DNA of 64,000 bases, taken from Planctomycetota bacterium. GTDB lineage: Bacteria; Planctomycetota; UBA1135; UBA2386. A program made the position numbers and the translations under genes. The stretch lies in assembly GCA_046290465.1 (NCBI GenBank), contig JBKAGP010000001.1:4896001-4960000 (forward strand). The letters run 5' to 3'. The notes under the pieces were generated by a model. That model was not told the DNA's origin. It did not search any database and saw nothing but the letters and a program-made list of their open reading frames with translations. Positions 1-8,271 of this stretch are shown in pieces (within the stretch, counting starts at the first letter, position 1; each line of letters starts with the position of its first letter).

Positions 1-377
1 AGCTGCTGCCGCAGTGGCTCGGCTTCGACCTGTGGCTGCGCGTCACGATCGTCGTCGCGATGCTGGTGCCGACCGGCCTGATGCTCGGCATGCCGTTCCC
101 GTGCGGCATCCGGGTCGTCGAGCGCACCTGTCCGCACCTGATCCCGTGGGGCTGGGCGATCAACGCGTTCTTCAGCGTGTTCGGCTCGATCTTCTGCATC
201 GTGCTGAGCATGGCGATCGGCTTCTCCAACGTCTTCTACGTCGCCGCCGGCGTCTACGTCGTCGGCCTGCTGTTCATGAAGGCCTCGGGGGACGCGGTCG
301 AACCCGCCGATCATGTGCGGACCGACGACGAGATCGACGCGACCGCGACCGTGGTGTCGCAGGACCTGCAGCTCTGA
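1..377 (+). CDS. C-terminal part of a polytopic membrane protein of the spermidine-synthase-like/SAM-dependent membrane family (5' end outside window)
   Basis: Hydrophobic helices with GMPFPxG...WGWAINAFFSVFG, typical of the C-terminus of this family; stop TGA 375-377 overlaps next ATG. Confidence 0.6.
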   Translation, partial: LLPQWLGFDLWLRVTIVVAMLVPTGLMLGMPFPCGIRVVERTCPHLIPWGWAINAFFSVFGSIFCIVLSMAIGFSNVFYVAAGVYVVGLLFMKASGDAVEPADHVRTDDEIDATATVVSQDLQL

Positions 378-1540
378 TGGCGGTTCCTCCGCTCGCGAGT
401 CCCGAACAGGTCGACGCCGCGCTCGCCTCGCTGCGCGGCTGGGCGCGCCTGGGCGAGCAGTTGACGGCGCGCTACGTGCTGCCGACGTTCGCCGAAGCGG
501 TCGCGTTCACCACCAAGATTGCGACGGTCGCCGACCAACAGAACCACCATCCGGAGTGGCGCGTCGCCTACCGGGACGTCGAGCTGCTGACGACGACGCA
601 CGACGCCGGTGGGTTGACGCGGCTCGACCTCGAGTTGGCGGAGCGGATCGCCGCGATCGCCGACGAGTGCGGCGCCGAGGCCGCCGACGGCGACGACGTG
701 CAGGTCCGCGGTCACACCTGGGTGCCGCCCGGCCACTTCTACTCGCCGATCGTCAACCGGGACGAGGTGCGCGCCGACGCGGGGCGCCTGTTCTCCGACG
801 AGCTGCGCGTGCTGCACGGGGTCGACCTGCGCATCGACGAGCAGCTGGCGCTGGTGCGCGAGCTGCTGCCGTTCTACGGCGAAGAGGACTTTGCCGACGG
901 GCCCGTGGCCGGACGCCGCTACCACACCGACAACGACTACTTCGGCTTCGTCGACGCGTGGACGCTCTACGCGGTGCTGCGGCACCTGCGGCCGCGACGC
1001 GTGATCGAGGTCGGCTCGGGCTGGTCGTCGGCGGTGCTGCTCGATACCGACGAACGGTTCCTCGGCGCGCGCACCGAGTGCACCTTCATCGAGCCGTATC
1101 CAGAGCGGCTGCTGTCGCTGATGACCGACGCGGACCGCCAGCGCACCCGCCTGCTGCGCAGCCGGCTGCAGGACGTCGACCTCGCCGAGTTCGCGCGGCT
1201 CGAGGCCGGCGACGTCCTGTTCGTCGACTCGAGCCACGTCGCCAAGACCGGCTCCGACGTCGTGCACGCGCTGTTCGAGGTGCTGCCGACGCTGCAGGCG
1301 GGCGTCTGGGTGCACTTCCACGACGTGCACGGCAACTTCGAGTACAGCCGCGAGTGGGTCGAGCAAGGCCGCTCGTGGAACGAGAGCTACTTCCTGCGCG
1401 CGTTCCTGATGCACAACCGCGAATGGCAGGTGATGCTGCACTCGCCGAGCCTCGAGTTGTGCGCCGCGCACGAGCTGGTCTCCGCGATGCCGCGCATGGC
1501 GGGCGGCGGCGGCGGCAGCCTGTGGCTGCGCAGGGGGTGA
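377..1540 (+). CDS. Fusion: pterin-4-alpha-carbinolamine dehydratase (PCD/PhhB-like) plus class I SAM-dependent methyltransferase (Methyltransf_24-like)
   Basis: ATG at 377 (TGATG coupling); N-terminal NHHPEW and THDAGGLTRLD PCD motifs; then VPPGHFYSPI, IEVGSGWSS, LFVDSSHV, VHFHD. Confidence 0.8.
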   Translation: MAVPPLASPEQVDAALASLRGWARLGEQLTARYVLPTFAEAVAFTTKIATVADQQNHHPEWRVAYRDVELLTTTHDAGGLTRLDLELAERIAAIADECGAEAADGDDVQVRGHTWVPPGHFYSPIVNRDEVRADAGRLFSDELRVLHGVDLRIDEQLALVRELLPFYGEEDFADGPVAGRRYHTDNDYFGFVDAWTLYAVLRHLRPRRVIEVGSGWSSAVLLDTDERFLGARTECTFIEPYPERLLSLMTDADRQRTRLLRSRLQDVDLAEFARLEAGDVLFVDSSHVAKTGSDVVHALFEVLPTLQAGVWVHFHDVHGNFEYSREWVEQGRSWNESYFLRAFLMHNREWQVMLHSPSLELCAAHELVSAMPRMAGGGGGSLWLRRG

Positions 1541-1543
1541 CGC

Positions 1544-4500
1544 GTGGGCGACGAGCCGGACATCGACTGGGACTTCGTCGAGGACCTCGCCTTCCAGTGC
1601 CTCGAGCTGCGCTCGGCCGATGGCGGCGGTGAGGCGGCAGTCGAAGCCCTGCTCGCGCAGCATCCCCCGCAGGTCGTCAGCGAGGTCCGCCGCACGCTCG
1701 ACAACGTGTCGGACTGGAGCGACGCGGTGCCGAGCACCGACAGCTCGCTGCGCATTCCGGACCGGCTGGGGCCGTACGAACTGCAGGCGCGGCTCGGCCA
1801 GGGCGGCATGGGGGCGGTCTACGAGGGCGTCGATGCCTCGCTCGGTCGCCGCGTCGCGGTCAAGGTCGTGCGCCCCGACCTGCTGGCGCTCGGGGGCGCG
1901 CGCGAGCGCTTCCGGCGCGAGGTCGAAGCCGTGGCGCGGCTGTCGCACCCCGGCATCGTGCCGGTCTACCAGGTCGGGGAGGACGACGGCCTGCCGTGGT
2001 TCGCGATGGAGCTCGTCGACGGCGAATCGCTGGCGGAGATCGTCTGGCGGCTGCGCGAGCGCGACCCATCGACCCTGCAGGGCACCGACCTGCTCGGCGA
2101 GCGTTCGCGCAGCGGTTCGCAGCAGAGCACCTTCGTCGGCTCGTGGGAGCGCGCCTGCGTGCGCGTCGTGCTCGAACTCGCCGATGCGCTGTCGCACGCG
2201 CACGGCCGCACCGTGCTGCACCGCGACGTCAAGCCGTCCAACGCGGTGATCGACGCCGCCGGCCACGCGCGCCTGCTCGACTTCGGGCTGTCGCAGCTCG
2301 AAGGGACCAGCGACCTGACCAAGAGCGGTGCGCTGCTCGGTTCGCTGCCGTATGCGCCGCCCGAGCAGGTCGCGGGGGAGGCGCCCGAGCACGACGCGCG
2401 CGCCGACGTCTACTCGCTCGGCGTCACGCTCTACGAGCTGCTGACGCTGCGCTCGCCGTTCTTCGACAAGAACGAGGCCAACACCCGCAAGAACGTCGAA
2501 CGCGGCGCGCCCGCGCCGGTGCGGCAGCGCAACCGGGCGGTGTCGTGGGAGGTCGCGACGGTGACGGCGGTCGCAATGGACCGCGACCCGGCGCGTCGCT
2601 ACCAGTCGATGGTCGAGTTTGCCGCGGATCTGCAGCGTGTGCTCGACCGACGACCGATCGTCGCGCGGCCGCCAGGAGCGTGGCTGCGGCTGCGGCGCGC
2701 CGTCGAACGGCACCCGGCGAAGGCGACCGCGGCGGCTGCCGCGGTGTTGGCCGTGGTCGGCCTGTTGTGGGTCTACGCGGTCGGGCTGCGCGACGAGCGC
2801 GACCGCGCGCTGGCCGCTCAGCAGGAGGCCGAACGGTTGCGCGACGCCGATCGCGAGCGCAGCTATCGCGCCGGCCTCGCAGCCGCGCACCTGGCGCTGC
2901 AGCTCGGCCAGGTCGCCGAGGCCCGTCGGCAGCTCGAGCGGTGCCCCGAGGAGATGCGGGCGTTCGGCTGGCGCCATCTGATGGCGAAGACCGACGAGAG
3001 CGTGCAGCGCGCCGACGTCAGCGACAAGTTCCTGCGCGGCGTGGTCGCCACCCGCCACGGCCTGGTCGTCGGCGGCGTCGACGGCGTGCTGCGGCACGTC
3101 ACGATGGGTGGCCTCGAGGCGACGAGGTTCGAACCGGAGAGCCCGGCCGGCGTGCTCGACCTCGACGCCACCTGGGACATGCAGCACGTCGTCACCGCGC
3201 ACATGGACGAGCGCGTGCGCATCTGGGACGGAACGTCGCGGCAGCTGCGCGGCGAGGTCGCGTTCTCGGAGCTCTACGGCGATCGCGAGCTGCAGCCACA
3301 CCAGCGCGCGTCGTTCGGCGTTGCCGTGGCCAGGGACGGTACGCGCGCCTACGGCGTCAGCGCCGGCGGCGCGGTCGCGGTCATCGACGTCGCCAAGGCC
3401 GAGCGGGTCGGCGGCTTCCTGTTGCCGCCCGTGCGTGGCGGGGTGTTCTCGGTCGCGGTGCATCCCGACGGCAACCAGCTCGCGATCGGCCACGACCACG
3501 ACGTGCTGCTGGTCGAGCCCGACGGCAAGGTCGTGCGCCGCATGCCCGGTCATCGCGGCTTCGTGTTCTCACTGCAGTATTCCCCGGACGGCCGCTACCT
3601 GCTGTCGGCGAGCCAGGACCGGACCGCACGGCTGTGGCGCACCGACACCGGCGACTGTGGCGTGACGCTGTTCGGCCACGGCGGCGAACTGCACGACGCG
3701 ACCTTCGCCGGCGACGGTTCGGTCTGGACCGCCAGCAGCGACGGCACGCTGCGCAGCTGGAACCCCGTCACCGGCCGCGAGCGGCAGCGACGCCTCGGCC
3801 ACCGCGGGGCCGTCTACAGCCTGTTCGTGACGCGCTACCAAGGGCGTGAGTTCGTCGTCAGCGCCGGCCTCGACGGCACCGTGCGCAAGTGGGACGCACG
3901 CGTCGGCAAGGCGCGTTCGCGGATCGGCCGTCCGGGGCGCACGATGCAGCAGCAGCTGCTGGTGCACGACGACGGCACGCGGTGCACGCTGGTCGATGCC
4001 GGCAACGGCGTGCGCACGTTCTCGCTGCCGGACGGAGCCGCGCTCGAGCCGCTGGTCGCCGACGCGGTCGACGGCGTCGCGGTGCTCGGCGACGATGTCG
4101 TGACGCTGCGCGGCGGGACGTTGCGGCGGCAACGCGACGGCCAGCAGCTGCGCGGCCACGAGCAGCCGATCAAGACGCTGCGCTACCTGCCCGACGGGCG
4201 GCTGGTCGCAACCGAGGTCGAGGGCCACGTCGTGGTCTGGTCGGCCGGCAGCCTCGATGGGCAGCGGCATCCCGCGCACGACGGCGATGCCGTGGTGATC
4301 CAGCCGGTCGACGGCGCGTTCGTCACCGCGGGCCGCGACGGAAAGGTCCTGCATTGGGACGGCGGCACGCGCCGGCTGCTGCTCGGGGCCGGCAAGGGTT
4401 GGGAGGGGGCCGCATTCGCGACGGACGACCGCATCCTCTACCTCGCCGGCGCCGAACGACTGCTCGCGCTCGATCTCGCGACCGGCAACGTTCGTTGGCA

Positions 4501-4723
4501 GCGCGATTTCGAGTTCTTGATGCGAGATGTTGCAACGGTGTCGGGTGGTCGCCGGTTGTTGGTCTGCGGTACCGACCGGGCCCTGCACGTCATCGACGCC
4601 GCCGATGGCGGCGAGCTGCTGACGCTGCCGGCGGACAACATCCTGCAGTCGGTCGCGGCGGCGGGCGACGTGGCGGTCACCGCCACGGTGTACAGTGCCG
4701 TAGACCTCTGGCTCGGTAGATGA
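1544..4723 (+). CDS. Ser/Thr protein kinase with TM segment and C-terminal WD40 repeats
   Basis: LGQGGMGAVY, VAVK, HRDVKPSN, DFG, YAPPEQ, DVYSLG; TM AVLAVVGLLWV; several GH...W(D/R/N) repeats. Confidence 0.93.
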   Translation: MGDEPDIDWDFVEDLAFQCLELRSADGGGEAAVEALLAQHPPQVVSEVRRTLDNVSDWSDAVPSTDSSLRIPDRLGPYELQARLGQGGMGAVYEGVDASLGRRVAVKVVRPDLLALGGARERFRREVEAVARLSHPGIVPVYQVGEDDGLPWFAMELVDGESLAEIVWRLRERDPSTLQGTDLLGERSRSGSQQSTFVGSWERACVRVVLELADALSHAHGRTVLHRDVKPSNAVIDAAGHARLLDFGLSQLEGTSDLTKSGALLGSLPYAPPEQVAGEAPEHDARADVYSLGVTLYELLTLRSPFFDKNEANTRKNVERGAPAPVRQRNRAVSWEVATVTAVAMDRDPARRYQSMVEFAADLQRVLDRRPIVARPPGAWLRLRRAVERHPAKATAAAAAVLAVVGLLWVYAVGLRDERDRALAAQQEAERLRDADRERSYRAGLAAAHLALQLGQVAEARRQLERCPEEMRAFGWRHLMAKTDESVQRADVSDKFLRGVVATRHGLVVGGVDGVLRHVTMGGLEATRFEPESPAGVLDLDATWDMQHVVTAHMDERVRIWDGTSRQLRGEVAFSELYGDRELQPHQRASFGVAVARDGTRAYGVSAGGAVAVIDVAKAERVGGFLLPPVRGGVFSVAVHPDGNQLAIGHDHDVLLVEPDGKVVRRMPGHRGFVFSLQYSPDGRYLLSASQDRTARLWRTDTGDCGVTLFGHGGELHDATFAGDGSVWTASSDGTLRSWNPVTGRERQRRLGHRGAVYSLFVTRYQGREFVVSAGLDGTVRKWDARVGKARSRIGRPGRTMQQQLLVHDDGTRCTLVDAGNGVRTFSLPDGAALEPLVADAVDGVAVLGDDVVTLRGGTLRRQRDGQQLRGHEQPIKTLRYLPDGRLVATEVEGHVVVWSAGSLDGQRHPAHDGDAVVIQPVDGAFVTAGRDGKVLHWDGGTRRLLLGAGKGWEGAAFATDDRILYLAGAERLLALDLATGNVRWQRDFEFLMRDVATVSGGRRLLVCGTDRALHVIDAADGGELLTLPADNILQSVAAAGDVAVTATVYSAVDLWLGR

Positions 4724-5358
4724 CGATTCCCCCTGACTCCTGTGACTCGGTGATGCTCGCGCAGAGCGCGAGCGGCGGCGACCGAGACGCGCTGCTGCAG
4801 CTGCTGCAGCGCTACCTGCCGGAGCTGCGCGCGTTCATCCGCCTGCGCACCGGCCCGCGGCTGCTCGCCCAGGAGACCCCCGACGATCTGGTGCAGTCGG
4901 TCTGCCGCGAGGTGATCGGCAACCTCGGTGGGTTCGACTATCGGTCGGAGCAGGCGTTCAAGAGCTGGCTGTTCCTCAACGCGCTGCACAAGGTGCAGGA
5001 CAAGGCGCGCTACTACGCCGCCGAGAAGCGCAATCCAGAACGCGCGTGGGGTGCGGTCGAAGATCCACAGCTGCTGAGCGGCTACGTGTCGATGCTCAGT
5101 CCGAGCCGCGTCGCGATCGCGCGCGAAGACGTCACGCTGCTCGAGCAGGCGTTCGACAAGCTGCCCGACGAGTATCGCGAAGTGATCACGCTGCACCGCC
5201 TGCTCGGTCTCGATCACGAACAGATCGCGGCGCGCATGGGGCGTTCGACGGCTGCGAGTCGCGTGTTGTTGCACCGCGCTCTGGCTCGTCTCGGCAGGAT
5301 CCTCGCGGCTTCGCGTGACGACAAGGGACGCGACGAGACCCGTTCGTTCGACGGCTAG
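4720..5358 (+). CDS. ECF sigma-70 factor, kinase-associated type
   Basis: Region 2 (GDRDAL..LL.RY..L; TPDDLVQS; FKSWL) and region 4 (LPDEYREVITL...GLDHEQIAARMGRS...RVLLHRA); ATGA overlap with kinase. Confidence 0.9.
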   Translation: MTIPPDSCDSVMLAQSASGGDRDALLQLLQRYLPELRAFIRLRTGPRLLAQETPDDLVQSVCREVIGNLGGFDYRSEQAFKSWLFLNALHKVQDKARYYAAEKRNPERAWGAVEDPQLLSGYVSMLSPSRVAIAREDVTLLEQAFDKLPDEYREVITLHRLLGLDHEQIAARMGRSTAASRVLLHRALARLGRILAASRDDKGRDETRSFDG

Positions 5359-5430
5359 GAGCGCGTCCATGTAGTGGACGCGCTGCCGACCGTGATCGCG
5401 GAAGCGGCGTGTCCGCGTGCGGACGGGGCT

Positions 5431-5467
5431 TTGCCCGCTAGCGCCGTTGCCCGCTAGCGCCGTTGCC
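5431..5467. repeat. 16-bp tandem repeat TTGCCCGCTAGCGCCG x2.3 between convergent genes
   Basis: Copies at 5431-5446, 5447-5462, partial 5463-5467. Confidence 0.8.
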
Positions 5468-5470
5468 GGC

Positions 5471-6091
5471 TCAGGACGAGCTGGCGAGCAGCGCCGGCAG
5501 GCGGTCGACGAGCTGCAGCAAGGCCTTGCCGCGGTGGCTGAGCCGGTCCTTGACGTCGGCGCCGAGCACGGCGAACGAACGGCTCATGTCGTCGCGGTGC
5601 TCAACCGGGACGAAGATCGGGTCGTAGCCGAAGCCGCCCTCGCCGCTCGGCTCGGTCCGCAGGATGCCCTCGCAGGCGGACTCGATGCCGGCGAGCACGC
5701 GGCCGTCCGGTGCTGCGACGCACAGGCTGCAGACGAAGCGCGCCGTGCGGCGCTCGTGCGGAACGTCGCGCAGTTCGTCGAGCAGCCGCAGCAGCCGGCC
5801 GCGATCATCGAGGCCGGGTCCGCCGTAGCGCGCGGAGTGCACGCCCGGCCGGCCGTCGAGCGCGTCGACGCACAGGCCGCTGTCGTCGGCGAGCGCGATG
5901 CCGCCCGACAGTTCGGCGAGCAGCGACGCCTTCTTGCGCGCGTTGCCGGCGAAGTCCGGCTGGTCCTCGACCGGTTCGAACGGAACGTCGAGGTCCTTCG
6001 GCGTGCGCAGCGTGACGCCGATCGGTTCGAGCAGGCGGGTCAGCTCGGCGAGCTTCTTGGCGTTGTTGGTGCCGATCCAGAGCTCGGGCAT
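5471..6091 (-). CDS. rdgB: RdgB/HAM1 non-canonical purine NTP pyrophosphatase
   Basis: TNNAKKLAE, ADDSGLCVDALDGRPGVHSARY, GFGYDPIF, KDRLSHRGKAL; downstream of rph. Confidence 0.95.
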   Translation of the reverse strand: MPELWIGTNNAKKLAELTRLLEPIGVTLRTPKDLDVPFEPVEDQPDFAGNARKKASLLAELSGGIALADDSGLCVDALDGRPGVHSARYGGPGLDDRGRLLRLLDELRDVPHERRTARFVCSLCVAAPDGRVLAGIESACEGILRTEPSGEGGFGYDPIFVPVEHRDDMSRSFAVLGADVKDRLSHRGKALLQLVDRLPALLASSS

Positions 6092-6097
6092 CGGCGC

Positions 6098-6853
6098 TCA
6101 GATCCCCAGCGACTCGCGCTGCAGCTTGTCGACGTTCTCGCAGGACTTCTGGCCGATCGCGACCATCTCGTGGAACTGCTCGACGGCGAACGGCGCCTTC
6201 TCGGCGGCGCCCTGCACCTCGATCAGCTTGCCGTCGCTGGCGCAGATGACGTTGAGGTCGGCCTCGGCCGAACTGTCCTCGTGGTAGTCGAGGTCGACCA
6301 GCGGCTGGCCGTCCTTGAGCCCGACCGAGATCGCCGACACCAGCCCGCGCATCGGCCACTTCGGCAGCTGCTTCTGCTCCTCCATGTAGAGCAGCGCGTC
6401 GTAGAGCGCGACGATCGCGCCGTTGATCGACGTCGTGCGCGTGCCGCCGTCGGCCTGCAGCACGTCGCAGTCGACCCACAGCGTGACCTCGGGCAGCTGC
6501 TTGAGGTCGACCGCGCAGCGCAGCGCACGGCCGATCAGGCGCTGGATCTCCTGGGTCCGTCCGTCGAGCGGGCGGCCGGTGCGGCCGTCGCGCGGCTTGC
6601 GCGGGTTGCCGGCGTTCGGCAGCATCGAGTATTCCGCCGTCAGCCAGCCGCCCTGGTGGCGGTTGTACATCCAGTGCGGCACCTGGTCCTGGATGCCGAC
6701 GGTGCACAGCACCTTGGTCTTGCCACACTCGGCGAGCACCGAGCCGGGCAGATCCGTGAACGAACGGGTGAACTTGATCGGCCGGTGTTCGTCCGGCGCT
6801 CGGTTGTTCTTGCGAGCCAGGGGTCTTCTCCAGAAAAGGGGTCGACCCGTCAA
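6098..6853 (-). CDS. rph: Ribonuclease PH (true start may be CTG at 6820)
   Basis: GSVL, TKVLCT, GWLTAEYSMLP, GRTQEIQRLIGRALR, DCDVLQADGGTRTTSING, DLDYHEDS. Confidence 0.97.
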   Translation of the reverse strand: MTGRPLFWRRPLARKNNRAPDEHRPIKFTRSFTDLPGSVLAECGKTKVLCTVGIQDQVPHWMYNRHQGGWLTAEYSMLPNAGNPRKPRDGRTGRPLDGRTQEIQRLIGRALRCAVDLKQLPEVTLWVDCDVLQADGGTRTTSINGAIVALYDALLYMEEQKQLPKWPMRGLVSAISVGLKDGQPLVDLDYHEDSSAEADLNVICASDGKLIEVQGAAEKAPFAVEQFHEMVAIGQKSCENVDKLQRESLGI

Positions 6854-6854
6854 G

Positions 6855-8183
6855 CTATCCCGCCGCCAGGATCGAGGCGAGCGTGCGGCGCAGTTCGTGC
6901 ACGCCGAACGGCTTCTGCAGGCAGTGCAGGTCGGGCCAGGCCGGCGAGGCGGCTGGCGGCTTGGGGGTCAGCAGGCAGATCTTGAGCGACGGCGTGTGCG
7001 CCCGGATCGTGCGCGCCAGCGGGGTGTGGTCGTCGAGTTGCTGGGCGTCGTCGACGATCAGCAGCTCGAACCGGTCGGGCGTCGCCTGCAAGAACGTGTG
7101 GGCCGAGGCGCCGTCGGCGCACGCGAATACGGCGCGGCCGCTGGCCTTCAACTCGCGCGCCAGGACCGCCCGCAGGGCCGGATCCGACTCGAGCACCAGC
7201 GCGCCGCGGAAGTGGTGCTGCTGCTCACCGGCGGCGACCGCCGGCTCCGTGCTGCGTGGCCGCTCGGCCGCGCCCGCGCCCGGGGCCGGGGCCGGGGCCG
7301 GGGCCGCATCGCCGACCGGTCGCTGCACGTCGGCCTCTGGCTCGCTCGGCACCGCGATCGGGAAGCGCACCACCGCGCGCACCGCCTTGCCCGGCAGATG
7401 GGACAGCGTCAGCTCACCGGCGTGGCTGTGCACGAGGTGCTTGGCCGCCTCCCAATCGAGCGCGAACGTCTGGTCGACCAGGTCCTCGCGGTCGGCGCGG
7501 CCGTGCACGGTGATCCATTCGAGGTTGAGCTCGACCTTGATCGTCGGCCGCTCGCGCGAGAACGAACGTTCTGCGGTGAACGTCAGCCGCGTGGCGCCTC
7601 GTTCGGCGCGCAGCAGCGCCGCGCAGACGAACAGCATCGCGTCGCGAACCGCGTCCGGGTTGGCGTCGATGCGCGGCAGTTCGGGCGGCGGGTCCCAGCG
7701 CAGTTCGAGACCGAGCTGCAGCTGCTGCAGTTCGTCGCCCAGGCTCGCGATCATCTCGGCGACGTCGGTGGTGCCGCTCTCGACCCGGCGGCCGCGGCCG
7801 AACGCGACCAGCTTGGTGTGCAGCGTGCGCAGCCGGTTGACCGAGGTCAGCATGGCCTCGGCCGCGCCGGGCAGTTGCGTGCGCGTCGGTGCGGCTTCGA
7901 TCAGGTGGTGCGAGCGCGCTTCGACGGCGCTGACCAGGCTGGCCAGCTCCTCGGCCATCGACAGCGCCATCTGGTGCGACTCGGGCGCGACGATCGTCTC
8001 GATCGTGCTCGGCGCGGGCGGCGTCGGCGGCGGTTCGGCGGGCGGCTCGGCGGGCGGTTCGGGTGGCAGTTCGGCTGGCGCTGCGATCGGCAGCGGCGGT
8101 TCCTTGGCGAACACCATGCGCCAGACCTGCGTCGCGGCCAGGGCGATCGTCACACCGAGGGCAGTCCAGAGAAGCTCGTACAC
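6855..8183 (-). CDS. Degenerate hybrid histidine-kinase-like protein: TM, Pro-rich linker, HisKA/HATPase-like region without His, C-terminal receiver
   Basis: N-terminal TM; MALSMAEELASLV in H-box position; LPRIDANPDAVRDAML in N-box position; receiver LVLESDPALRAVL...FELLIVDD...LLT...LQKPF. Confidence 0.65.
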   Translation of the reverse strand: MYELLWTALGVTIALAATQVWRMVFAKEPPLPIAAPAELPPEPPAEPPAEPPPTPPAPSTIETIVAPESHQMALSMAEELASLVSAVEARSHHLIEAAPTRTQLPGAAEAMLTSVNRLRTLHTKLVAFGRGRRVESGTTDVAEMIASLGDELQQLQLGLELRWDPPPELPRIDANPDAVRDAMLFVCAALLRAERGATRLTFTAERSFSRERPTIKVELNLEWITVHGRADREDLVDQTFALDWEAAKHLVHSHAGELTLSHLPGKAVRAVVRFPIAVPSEPEADVQRPVGDAAPAPAPAPGAGAAERPRSTEPAVAAGEQQHHFRGALVLESDPALRAVLARELKASGRAVFACADGASAHTFLQATPDRFELLIVDDAQQLDDHTPLARTIRAHTPSLKICLLTPKPPAASPAWPDLHCLQKPFGVHELRRTLASILAAG

Positions 8184-8271
8184 GTGGGGGGACGCGTGTG
8201 GGGGAGTCGCGCAACGCTAGCCGCGCGCGTGGGTGGCGTCGAGTGGCGAGGCGCGCACGTCGCGCGCAGAC

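Noticed and set aside
14..376. N-terminal extension of the 14..1540 ORF
   Set aside because: Arg-rich off-frame read of the upstream membrane gene; the coupled ATG at 377 is the better start.
311..3553. 1080-aa minus-strand ORF and similar long antisense or off-frame ORFs (10247-13138, 23043-25187, 49009-54102, 54340-57309, 59000-61429, 61197-63884)
   Set aside because: Shadow ORFs of high-GC genes: they overlap well-supported CDSs and carry no recognisable motifs.
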